Assembly: GCA_048882505.1 (NCBI GenBank)
Contig: JBHLRO010000004.1
Location: 1-20,092, forward strand
Origin: Candidatus Thorarchaeota archaeon
GTDB taxonomy: Archaea > Asgardarchaeota > Heimdallarchaeia > Hodarchaeales > Hodarchaeaceae
DNA length: 20,092 bases
Direction of reading: 5' to 3'
Of this stretch, positions 1 to 8,274 are shown piece after piece (positions within the stretch are counted from its first letter, which is position 1; the number at the start of each line of letters is the position of its first letter). Made by a program: the position numbers and the translations under genes. Under the pieces are notes generated by a model. The model was not told the DNA's origin. It searched no databases and worked only from the letters and a program-made list of their open reading frames with translations.

Positions 1-1355
1 TAAGCTGTTACATTATACCAATAGATGATCCCATTAGTCACAGAGGAATCCATATAACTTAGAATCGTGGAATTCGCGACATTTGTAAAGGGACCTGAAG
101 AGGACGTTGCTCGATAAATTATATATTTCGTGACTGGGTATCCTCCGCTATCTAAGGGTACAAGCCAGCTTAACGAAACCTGCCAATCACCTGCAGTTGC
201 TTGAAGGTTTCGGGGCGCTGTTGGAATTGTAGCCGGTGTGACAGTCACGACGTTTGATGAGGATCCTTCACCTTCGACGGTGGTAGCCGTTACATTGTAC
301 CAGTATTGATTACCATTCGTAACGGCCGTATCTGTGTAACCGAGGGAGGTCGTGTTATCAAGAAATGCAAAGGGCCCAAGAGCGTTGGTTGCTCGATAAA
401 TACTATAATTAACGATGGAATAACCACCAGAATTTAAAGGGGCAAGCCAGTTCAGGGAGACTTGAGAATCCTGATATGTGGCCTGAAGGGAACGAGGTGC
501 AGTTGGGAGGGTAGCTGGTGTTACGGTGATCTGATTCGAGCTAGGACCTTCTCCTTCGCTGTTAATAGCAGTCACGTTGTACCAATAGGCTACTCCATTG
601 GTAACGCTGAAATCATCATAATTTAGGGTTGTAGAATTGCCCACATTTGTAAAAGGGCCCGATGCGGAAGTTCCACGATAAACTCTGTACTTCGTGACTG
701 AGAAGCCCCCGTTGTCCAATGGAGCTTGCCAAGTTAAAGAGACCTGAGAATCGGAATAAGATGCCTGTAGATTCTGGGGGGAAGTCGGAGCAACACCCGG
801 TGTGACAATTATATACGCTGTTTGTGTCCCTTCTCCTTCGGAATTATACGCTGAGACCTTATAATAGTAGGTATTCCCATTAGCAACGGTATTATCAAGA
901 TAATATAAGCTGGTAGAGTTTTGTATGTTCGTATAGGGCCCAATACTTGCAGTTGCTCGGTAAACAAGATATTCTGTTATCGTTGCGCCACCATCATCCA
1001 AAGGTGCAATCCAGCTAACATTCGCGTAGCCATAACCATAGGTAGCGCCGAGATTTCTGGGTTCTGAGGGAGTCGTCCGAGGCGTAGCACTGACAATTGT
1101 TGAATTGGGCCCTTCTCCAACACCATTCACAGCGGCAACTTGGTAATAATAGATAATCCCGTTTGTTCTGCCAAGATCAATGTGACTTGATCCTGCGGGC
1201 GTTGCTATCTGGGTAAAAGGTCCACCACTAGCAGTGGCACGATAAACGTTATAATTGGTTATAGCGTCCCCTCCGTCATCTGATGGAGCTTGCCACGTTA
1301 AGGTCACTTGTGAATCACCATACGCAGCAGCGAGGTTTTGAGGAGCGGTGGGAAC
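1..1355 (-). repeat. Intragenic tandem FN3 repeats, four complete plus one partial, 282-nt (94-aa) period
   Basis: The GEG-encoding motif CCTTC(T/A)CC occurs on the + strand at 265, 547, 829 and 1111, exactly 282 nt apart. The FN3 consensus residues recur in each unit. Confidence 0.9.
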
Positions 1356-1973
1356 AGTGGCAGACGTAAATGTTACCGAACTGTACCCTCGTTCACTATG
1401 ATGTGACGTAAAGTCATCTTTGGTGTTGTGGAAAGCCCAGATGAGGGGCGTAGGCACTCCAGTCACAATGTCGTTGTCCCATGTATCACCTGTAGTCATA
1501 TTTCGGCTGAATTCTAAGGTGGTCAATACCCCATTATCGCTGGCCGCATAATTAAGAATATCATTGGAACCCCCAGACAGAGTAGTATCCGGAACATGAC
1601 TGGTTGTTCCATCACCGTAATTATCTGAAATAAATGATCCGGCCTTATAATATCCGATAATAATGTCGCTATCTCTCATTTGGGAGCTATAATCTATTCC
1701 AATCGAGATCCAACCAGAGCATTGAGCCCTGATAGCAATGAAGGCTCTGGATAGCGCAGTATCAATAGTATAATACATTTCAAATCCACCAGTTGCATTA
1801 ATCAGCTGGTAATTTGCGTACTCACCTGCTGAAATCACACCGTCAAAAGTAACATTATTTGCTGCTGATACTCTTGTCACGGGGATCGAGGTTTGCTGGA
1901 AAGAATAAATCATCAATATGGCAAACAAACCAATAGTAAGAAGCCTTTTATACTGAGCTGTAAGTCTAAACAA
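1..1973 (-). CDS. Secreted DOMON domain + tandem fibronectin type III repeat protein (3' end runs off the window)
   Basis: Translated by hand: no stop from TTG 1973 to the window edge (657 codons). Signal-peptide-like N-terminus (LFRLTAQYKRLLTIGLFAILMIYSFQQ). DOMON motifs DGVISAGEY, GWISIGIDYSSQMRDSDIIIG, HVPDTTLSGGSNDI, LIWAFHNTKDDFTSHHSERG. Then FN3 repeats (PTAPQNL...VTLTWQAP.DDGG..IT.Y.VYR...Y.Y.V.A.N..GEG). Start codon is inferred; there is an in-frame TAA 12 codons upstream. Confidence 0.9.
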   Translation of the reverse strand, partial: MFRLTAQYKRLLTIGLFAILMIYSFQQTSIPVTRVSAANNVTFDGVISAGEYANYQLINATGGFEMYYTIDTALSRAFIAIRAQCSGWISIGIDYSSQMRDSDIIIGYYKAGSFISDNYGDGTTSHVPDTTLSGGSNDILNYAASDNGVLTTLEFSRNMTTGDTWDNDIVTGVPTPLIWAFHNTKDDFTSHHSERGYSSVTFTSATVPTAPQNLAAAYGDSQVTLTWQAPSDDGGDAITNYNVYRATASGGPFTQIATPAGSSHIDLGRTNGIIYYYQVAAVNGVGEGPNSTIVSATPRTTPSEPRNLGATYGYGYANVSWIAPLDDGGATITEYLVYRATASIGPYTNIQNSTSLYYLDNTVANGNTYYYKVSAYNSEGEGTQTAYIIVTPGVAPTSPQNLQASYSDSQVSLTWQAPLDNGGFSVTKYRVYRGTSASGPFTNVGNSTTLNYDDFSVTNGVAYWYNVTAINSEGEGPSSNQITVTPATLPTAPRSLQATYQDSQVSLNWLAPLNSGGYSIVNYSIYRATNALGPFAFLDNTTSLGYTDTAVTNGNQYWYNVTATTVEGEGSSSNVVTVTPATIPTAPRNLQATAGDWQVSLSWLVPLDSGGYPVTKYIIYRATSSSGPFTNVANSTILSYMDSSVTNGIIYWYNVTA

Positions 1974-2480
1974 AGTTCCACTTCCTTTTTTTTTAGGATT
2001 ATATCGATGGAGGTGTTATGGAACTGATCTTTCTCCATAACTCCAAGGCTTTTCGGGATAAAACTGCGATAAATTACAGTCGTTACAAAACATAAGTATG
2101 TAAGCTTTTTGAATTTAAAATATTAAAATATTACTAAATGATTTTTTCGTAATTTGCGCTTAGAACCAGTATCTCCTTGGTATTTTCACAATTTGAACCC
2201 AAGGACCGAATGATATTGAACAAATACAATGTAAACAAAGTAAATTTTGTACCCCTTGTAATAGCCGTGAAACAGTGCCATTTTACTTGATTTGGACTGA
2301 AATTTGTTTACTTCTGTAAACATTACAATAAAACTAATAAATGATTGAATAAGTTTATATCTACTCTTCCTGAATGATTTTATCGAATTTAATGTTTTAA
2401 TTGTATTATTCTCAAAGATCAATTCAAACAGTTTGAACTGGAAATAACTAGAATTGAGATAGCGGAAGTCTGTGAGGAAT

Positions 2481-3401
2481 ATGTTAAGACATAGGAGAAT
2501 TTTACTGATTCTTGGCTTGACATTAATCTCTTGCTCATTTTTGGCAAGAACAACGGTCATGGGAATACCTACATCGAGCAAACAAACCTCGGTGGGGTTC
2601 GTCGCTCCACAAACGACCGCTCCCTTAAACCTGACCAACAATGATATTGAGCCATTTTGGGAGTCAGTTAACCAACATCATCAAAATGTTACTGAAGTTG
2701 GGGGATATGTCAAGTTCGCAAACAATGCAACCCATCTTTATTGCTTACTTTCGACGCAAACTAGTTCTTGGGCCTCCAGTGGTGAGGATAATTCATGGAT
2801 TTCAATTGAGTTTGAACCTGATAGTTCCTGCATGGCAAGCTCGAACGATGGGTGGTCTTTTTACCTTGATAAAGACACAGGTGACATTCAAGCTTTCGAT
2901 GTGAATTTTATTGGAACTCAAATTCCTGATCTAGATATAGCACAAGACCTAACTTTTGAGGTCATTAAGGAGAACGATAGCATAAACATTGAGGTTCTCC
3001 GGGCTTTTAATACCTCAGACCCTCTTGGCCAGGATATTGTCTATTTTAACGGGTCTACGCATATGATCCAATTTGCTTCGGCCTCTTCCCACATGTCCTC
3101 TCACGTCAAATATTACCTTTATATCACAGATACATCAATTGATGCGCCCATCGTCCCCCCGGAAATCAATACTCCAGTGGATATTAATCAGTTAAAACCT
3201 GTCATACTAGTTGCGTCTACAGCTGCCGTAATGGCATTTATCGTTGTTCATTTTCTTCGACGCGTCCTCCAGGCCCCCATTAGACATGATTATACTCGGG
3301 CTGCGACATTGGCTAAAGCACGACCTCCAAAATTTGTTGAACGTTGGCGTGAGCTGTTTTCAAAAGACGTAACTATTCAACCATCAAAGGAGAGACCATA
3401 A
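2481..3401 (+). CDS. Membrane-anchored DOMON-domain protein (signal peptide, DOMON, C-terminal TM, cytoplasmic tail)
   Basis: ATG 2481 follows GTGAGG and is preferred over GTG 2472. N-terminus RHRRILLILGLTLISCSFLA. DOMON-like WISIEFEPDSSCMASSNDGWSF, IEVLRAFNTSD...DI and IQFASASSHMSSH. TM helix VILVASTAAVMAFIVVHFL followed by RR. Confidence 0.75.
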   Translation: MLRHRRILLILGLTLISCSFLARTTVMGIPTSSKQTSVGFVAPQTTAPLNLTNNDIEPFWESVNQHHQNVTEVGGYVKFANNATHLYCLLSTQTSSWASSGEDNSWISIEFEPDSSCMASSNDGWSFYLDKDTGDIQAFDVNFIGTQIPDLDIAQDLTFEVIKENDSINIEVLRAFNTSDPLGQDIVYFNGSTHMIQFASASSHMSSHVKYYLYITDTSIDAPIVPPEINTPVDINQLKPVILVASTAAVMAFIVVHFLRRVLQAPIRHDYTRAATLAKARPPKFVERWRELFSKDVTIQPSKERP

Positions 3402-3402
3402 A

Positions 3403-4218
3403 ATGGCAATTACACCTGTAACCAAAGAAACAAAACCTTTAAAGACCCCATCGAAGCCTAGAACATTCGATTACCTGACAGTCCAAAGGTACAAGCGATC
3501 CCAAAGGCTTCACCATTGGGTGCATGTTCTGTCCATGGGATTCTTCTTTTTCACGGGATTTCAAATTCTGTTCCAAGAGTATTTTGGGATGGATTATTTC
3601 TTTGTGCGAACATTCCACCTTTGCCTAGGCCTCTTTATCGTCAGCTGGGATTTATTATTTTTTGGGTACCTAATGACAAAATATTGGAAATTCAACGAGA
3701 TTATCCCGACTCCACGAGATATACTGGATTTGGCCATTATCCTTTTATGTTCGCTAAAAATCCTTCCAGATGAAAAGTATCCACATTATGATTACTTTGT
3801 AGTTACGAACTACGACTCATGGCTAAAACACCATCATCCAGCTGAATCACGGTACATCATGAAATATCATCCAGCACAGAAATTCCTAACTACTGCAAAT
3901 CTTGTAGTAATGGTTCTCATGGCTATTACAGGCCTGAAAATGGCAGATGAGTTGGTTCCAGGATCCTTAGGCATTATTTTGGAGAACTCAATCAATCTAT
4001 TGGCTCTTCCATTGACGGTTTTAGGATTAGATTTTCGATTTATCCATTTTCTACTCTATGTGTATTTTCTTACCACGACGCTGATACATCTTTACTTTGC
4101 TGTAATTCCCTCGAATCGTAACCGCCTCAGGGGAATGGTTACGGGAAGCGAACGCATATTACTAACCAATTTGGACCTATCGAAAACCGATAATGGTTTG
4201 AAAGACTCTACGGGATAA
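3403..4218 (+). CDS. Di-heme cytochrome b, FdnI/HyaC (Ni_hydr_CYTB / cytochrome b/b6 domain)-like
   Basis: Four hydrophobic helices, each with a positioned His: QRLHHWVH, RTFHLCLG, RFIHFLLY, TLIHLYFA. Family-like loop KYHPAQK and C-terminal RLRGMVTG. Starts 1 nt after the DOMON gene's stop. Confidence 0.85.
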   Translation: MAITPVTKETKPLKTPSKPRTFDYLTVQRYKRSQRLHHWVHVLSMGFFFFTGFQILFQEYFGMDYFFVRTFHLCLGLFIVSWDLLFFGYLMTKYWKFNEIIPTPRDILDLAIILLCSLKILPDEKYPHYDYFVVTNYDSWLKHHHPAESRYIMKYHPAQKFLTTANLVVMVLMAITGLKMADELVPGSLGIILENSINLLALPLTVLGLDFRFIHFLLYVYFLTTTLIHLYFAVIPSNRNRLRGMVTGSERILLTNLDLSKTDNGLKDSTG

Positions 4219-4321
4219 GCGAACGGCAGACACCCGTTCGCTAGAAAAGAACAGCGTCCTACTCGCTATCTCATCTAACCAGCCTATTTTTTTTCACAAC
4301 ATCGCCCTTAATAGCGAGTAG
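4218..4321. terminator. Structured spacer between convergent genes: hairpin, inverted repeat and T8 tract
   Basis: AGCGAACGG (4218-4226) pairs with CCGTTCGCT (4234-4242). CTACTCGCTAT (4259-4269) pairs with ATAGCGAGTAG (4311-4321) and encloses T8 at 4287-4294. Terminator function is inferred from position. Confidence 0.45.
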
Positions 4322-4334
4322 AGTTTCTTTTTCT

Positions 4335-5282
4335 CTAGAATTTCGACTCTAACGCATCAACATAGGCGCATGTAGCTTCGTTGTAGGGGACTGAGATCTG
4401 ATGTTTTTTACCCAGTTCGATTATTTTTCCGTTCAGAAAGGCTATTTCAGTGGGTTTTTTGAGTTCAATGTCGATTAACATGCTCGGACGATGATGTCCC
4501 CCTTTTTCGAGGTAAGCCATGCAAACGTCGTGGAAATCAGGTTCAAATTCGATACCCTCGGCATTTGTAACGGTAATGCCCTCTGTAATAATATTGGATA
4601 CAACATTTCGAGTTCCTGGGTGAGCTAATGCCTCCGCCATAGTCATATCTGTGATAGCACAGACAGGAGAAAGAGAAGAGTTCAGGATGACCTTCATCCA
4701 GACCGCTTTCATGAATTCCTTCCTCTTAAGGAATTTTACTGGAAATTCTGGTGATGACATTACATTTGCAATTTCCTGTGCCCGATCGTAACACTTTGCT
4801 GTTATTCCTGCCGCTCCTATATAATTAGGGGGATTGAAAAAAGTCATATCAATTCTTCCGGGACCGAGAATGTTCCCAGCGAAGTTAATTATGTCTCGGA
4901 ATGCCCGTTCCCGCCCAAATGCTTCAGCAATTAGCTCTTCCGTACCTGCACCGTTTTGATGACTCACAATCAATGAATCATCAGGAATCGTTCCCTTGAG
5001 GTCTTCCAAGACTACCTTTAGGAAAGGCGTTTTGACTGCGATGAAAATTACATTTACGTCCAATCCAGCTAATTCCTTTGCCGAGCGTTTCAATCTGTTC
5101 GCTTCAAACTTTACTGTTTTTTCGACCGTTCCAACGATTTGAAGGCCCTGCTGTTCAATGGCGTCCATGTGTTCTTTCCAAATGTCAACCAAAGTAACAT
5201 CCAACCCTTTTTCCTTCAAATAAACGGCTAAAATTCCACCAGTGGGCCCAGCACCAACAACAGCAACCTTGTACTTCGTCAT
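4335..5282 (-). CDS. panE: 2-dehydropantoate 2-reductase (ketopantoate reductase, ApbA/PanE family)
   Basis: Rossmann motif VAVVGAGPTGG, IAVKT, HQNG, WMKVILN, PSMLIDIELKKPTEIAFLNG. GAGGT RBS upstream. Confidence 0.9.
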   Translation of the reverse strand: MTKYKVAVVGAGPTGGILAVYLKEKGLDVTLVDIWKEHMDAIEQQGLQIVGTVEKTVKFEANRLKRSAKELAGLDVNVIFIAVKTPFLKVVLEDLKGTIPDDSLIVSHQNGAGTEELIAEAFGRERAFRDIINFAGNILGPGRIDMTFFNPPNYIGAAGITAKCYDRAQEIANVMSSPEFPVKFLKRKEFMKAVWMKVILNSSLSPVCAITDMTMAEALAHPGTRNVVSNIITEGITVTNAEGIEFEPDFHDVCMAYLEKGGHHRPSMLIDIELKKPTEIAFLNGKIIELGKKHQISVPYNEATCAYVDALESKF

Positions 5283-5547
5283 GAAGAGTACCTCTCACTC
5301 CCATGAAGCCCCTTACCTTGTTTTTAAGACTTGTTTGAGAAGGATATAAGTTCACTATTTCAGGATTTAATCACCTAGGCCCCATTTTAGGATGGACAAC
5401 AAAGTTTTCAATCGGTTTTAGTCTCAAGGAATTGGTATAGAACTTTCTTCAATATTGGCAGGAAATCGCAAGCAAATCGAGAAAAGCGATCACTTAAATG
5501 GAATTTCGGTATGATTTCTTACATTAAAGACAGGAGTATGGAAAGTA

Positions 5548-6078
5548 ATGGCAAAAAGTGAACCAGAAATCTTTTCAGGTGCAATTCAGGAACAATACGG
5601 CGCAGCTATTGCAATGTTGGAAAAAGCGGTTGATAACTGCCCCGAAGATGTCTGGGATGAAAGAAGCTCTGGACCACCGTTCTGGCAAGTGGCATATCAC
5701 ACGATGTGGTATCTAGATTGGTATTTAGCGGTTTCTAAGGAAGAACGTCAAGTTTTTACCTCGAAATACGAGAAAGGCTTGGAAGATTTGCGAAAGGTTC
5801 CGGAAGAAACCTTAAGTTCAAAGCAATTGATCTCCTATCTAGACCAGATAAAGAGTAAAGCTAGTCACAATCTGGGAATTCTTGATACAGAAATGATAAG
5901 TCAGGCCTCTGTTTTTGAGTGGCATGGGAATAGCATTCTTAGCTCCTTGATCTACAACATTAGGCACGTGATGCTCCATATAGGAGCTCTCCATTCCAGA
6001 CTCCTTCGAAAGGGTGTTGAACTAAGGAATTGGGTTAGTCATGCTTCTCTTTCCACTGCCCCCGAATCCATGGATTGA
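5548..6078 (+). CDS. DinB/YfiT-like family protein
   Basis: Four-helix pattern with the three-His signature: FWQVAYHT and NIRHVMLHIG. Its 3' end overlaps the convergent activator gene by 40 nt. Confidence 0.8.
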   Translation: MAKSEPEIFSGAIQEQYGAAIAMLEKAVDNCPEDVWDERSSGPPFWQVAYHTMWYLDWYLAVSKEERQVFTSKYEKGLEDLRKVPEETLSSKQLISYLDQIKSKASHNLGILDTEMISQASVFEWHGNSILSSLIYNIRHVMLHIGALHSRLLRKGVELRNWVSHASLSTAPESMD

Positions 6079-6914
6079 TACTCCCCAATCTTCTCAAGGG
6101 CATAGAGAGCGGCACCCAATGCCACAAATGCTTGGGGATGATTGGGTACCGTAATGGGTCTCCCTATTTTTTCCTCAAAAATCTCGATGATAACTGGATG
6201 GTGAGCTACAACTCCTCCCACCAAAATAACCTCATTATCTAAGGTATCAATCTCCATTACCCGCTTAACGATGGAATAATAAGCCCCACGAACCATATCT
6301 TCAACCTTTGCTCCTTCTCTTATTCGAGTTAGGATTTCTGTCCCGCCAAACACGGTACAAAACGAACTAATCCGCTCAGGGTTGGTTGATTTGTTTGCCA
6401 ATCCATTGAGATCAGTAGGTACGATTCGGAGTTTTAGCGCGATCTCTTCCAACCAAGCCCCGGTACCAGCGGCACACTTTCGGTTTAGCCGAAAACTATC
6501 TCGCTTCCCATTACTTGTCTTTATGATTTTTGTATCCTGACCGCCTATGTCAACAATCGTCATAGTTCGATCTGGAAAGTAATGGTGAGCTGCTTTGGCG
6601 GCACAGCTAATTTCTGTAACTATAGAGGAAGGTACATTCGGAATGTGGACGTTGCGACGACCATAACCACTCGTTACAATGCGGTTGACGTTATCTAGAC
6701 TTGAATTTTTTGGAAGTGCTTTATCAATGCCGTTTTTAGCGGCTGATCGGAGGTCGATCCCAGAGTAGCCTACAAAATGGCCACGAATTTCCTTGTTTTG
6801 GTCGATAAAGATGATCTTGGTGAAGGATGAGCCAACGTCGATTCCGCCATATAGGGCTGGTGGAGATTTGTCGCTTTCCTCAGCAGTTCGTGTAGTCATT
6901 TGAAAAACCTTCAT
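6039..6914 (-). CDS. ATP-dependent activator of 2-hydroxyacyl-CoA dehydratase / class I benzoyl-CoA reductase (HgdC/BcrA-D/BzdQ-like, ASKHA)
   Basis: GIDVGSSFTK, SGYGR, VTEISC, DIGGQDTK, NRKCAAGTG, SSFCTVF, GGVVAH. Two Cys per chain, as in homodimeric [4Fe-4S] activators. Alternative start ATG 6899. Confidence 0.9.
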   Translation of the reverse strand: MKVFQMTTRTAEESDKSPPALYGGIDVGSSFTKIIFIDQNKEIRGHFVGYSGIDLRSAAKNGIDKALPKNSSLDNVNRIVTSGYGRRNVHIPNVPSSIVTEISCAAKAAHHYFPDRTMTIVDIGGQDTKIIKTSNGKRDSFRLNRKCAAGTGAWLEEIALKLRIVPTDLNGLANKSTNPERISSFCTVFGGTEILTRIREGAKVEDMVRGAYYSIVKRVMEIDTLDNEVILVGGVVAHHPVIIEIFEEKIGRPITVPNHPQAFVALGAALYALEKIGEYQSMDSGAVEREA

Positions 6915-6950
6915 TATATTTTTGATTCGTGTGGTTTTGTGATGATGAGG

Positions 6951-8189
6951 TCAGATGCCAGCCAATTGCTCCACAAAGGCCTCAATATTCATCCGAGTTT
7001 GTTCTTCCGAATAGACGTTTAAATCATTTAGGTCAGCGTCAATGAGTAAATTAGGGATATTCAGATCCAGTTCAAGTCGGTTTGGCATCCCATATCGTGT
7101 ATTGGAGTTATTCGGACACGTACGGGCATTGTGCCAAACAACGCCATCAACTTTGAATTTATGAAATTCGTTTTTAAGATAATTTTCCTTTGCGTGATCG
7201 GAACGATTAATGAATAGTTCAGTATATGCTTTCGCCATACCAGCTAAGGGATCATTTGGAAATTCTCCAAATCCCCGAAAGACCCAGCTTGAGCAATAGG
7301 TACTCGCTACAACGGAGGTTTGAAGATCAATGAACTGCTCCGACAACGATCGTATTTTCCCCCATATTGGCATGCCCTCCCAGTATGTCCGATGTTGTTC
7401 ATTTGGAACTGCCCCTATGCCATTTTCGACCCGTTCCTTTAACTCTTCGAGTAAAAGCCGATAATAATCAATAGCCACCTGTTCACCTCGAAGAACAACG
7501 GCTGGAAGCATTTGAATGCACGCATCAAAAAACGAAATTGGGGAGGGAATGTTCGTAGCTGTGCCTAAAACATCCATCCAAAGGTTGGTACAATCTAGGG
7601 AAAGTTTTACTCTGCGCTGGAGTTCTCTCATGTCAAACGCTACATTCGAAATTTTTTCCAAATCCTGAGCCATCCGCTTAAATTGTTCAACCACATCATG
7701 AATGTGGGAGGATGTCACCTCATCCACAAAGGAAGGGGAATGAATCCCTAAAACTGGGACATCTAATTTCTTCCCATACCACGCAAACCAATCCCCGACG
7801 TCTCGGCACTGGTTTGTATTATATACGAGGACATCAGGTTCGGGAACATGGTCTATTCCGTATGCTTTAGTTAGGGGGGTTTCTCCAGATAGGTAGGCCC
7901 CAATATCGCTGGTTAGATATGAACAGATCTCTGGTGAATAACCTTGGGCCACTGATACGGGAATGAATTTATTAGCTAAACGAGTTGCCCCAAGCATGGC
8001 AGTATGATTCTCTGGGTAGTAAACCTTGAATCCCATCGCCAATAGAAGCTCAGCGGGCCCGACACTGGAACACCATGCCACCTTCTGTGTGGGATCGTTG
8101 GCAGCTTCGGCTAATTCCTGATAGTATTTAGTAGCAATCTCTTTCATCTTTTGAGTCGATTTCAGGCGTGGAGATTTGGCCAAATTCAA
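6951..8189 (-). CDS. 2-hydroxyacyl-CoA dehydratase / benzoyl-CoA reductase family subunit (HGD-D; HgdA/BcrB/BzdO-like)
   Basis: AWCSSVGPAELL, YYPENH, and three candidate [4Fe-4S] Cys (EICSY C89, NQCRD C128, RTCPN C358). C-terminal IDADLND...EEQTRMNIEAFVE. TTG start preceded by GGAGG. Confidence 0.85.
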   Translation of the reverse strand: MNLAKSPRLKSTQKMKEIATKYYQELAEAANDPTQKVAWCSSVGPAELLLAMGFKVYYPENHTAMLGATRLANKFIPVSVAQGYSPEICSYLTSDIGAYLSGETPLTKAYGIDHVPEPDVLVYNTNQCRDVGDWFAWYGKKLDVPVLGIHSPSFVDEVTSSHIHDVVEQFKRMAQDLEKISNVAFDMRELQRRVKLSLDCTNLWMDVLGTATNIPSPISFFDACIQMLPAVVLRGEQVAIDYYRLLLEELKERVENGIGAVPNEQHRTYWEGMPIWGKIRSLSEQFIDLQTSVVASTYCSSWVFRGFGEFPNDPLAGMAKAYTELFINRSDHAKENYLKNEFHKFKVDGVVWHNARTCPNNSNTRYGMPNRLELDLNIPNLLIDADLNDLNVYSEEQTRMNIEAFVEQLAGI

Positions 8190-8274
8190 ATAGCCTCCGG
8201 GTGTAACCCGTTCATGGATTTTTGAAAAAAGACTCCTTTAAAAGAATTCTATTGCGTTTTTCTCTGTCCCGTTG

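Noticed and set aside
2305-2440. 7-bp inverted repeats TGTTTAC-n4-GTAAACA (2305-2322) and TTCAAAC-a-GTTTGAA (2423-2437)
   Set aside because: About one such match is expected by chance in 500 nt of AT-rich DNA, and the two do not share a consensus.
2186-2641. 151-aa minus-strand ORF in the track
   Set aside because: Overlaps the DOMON gene antisense and spans AT-rich promoter DNA; F/K/I/Y-biased sequence with no motif.
2641-3773. Alternative-frame ORFs 2641-2904 and 3516-3773
   Set aside because: Nested in well-supported genes on the same strand; no independent evidence.
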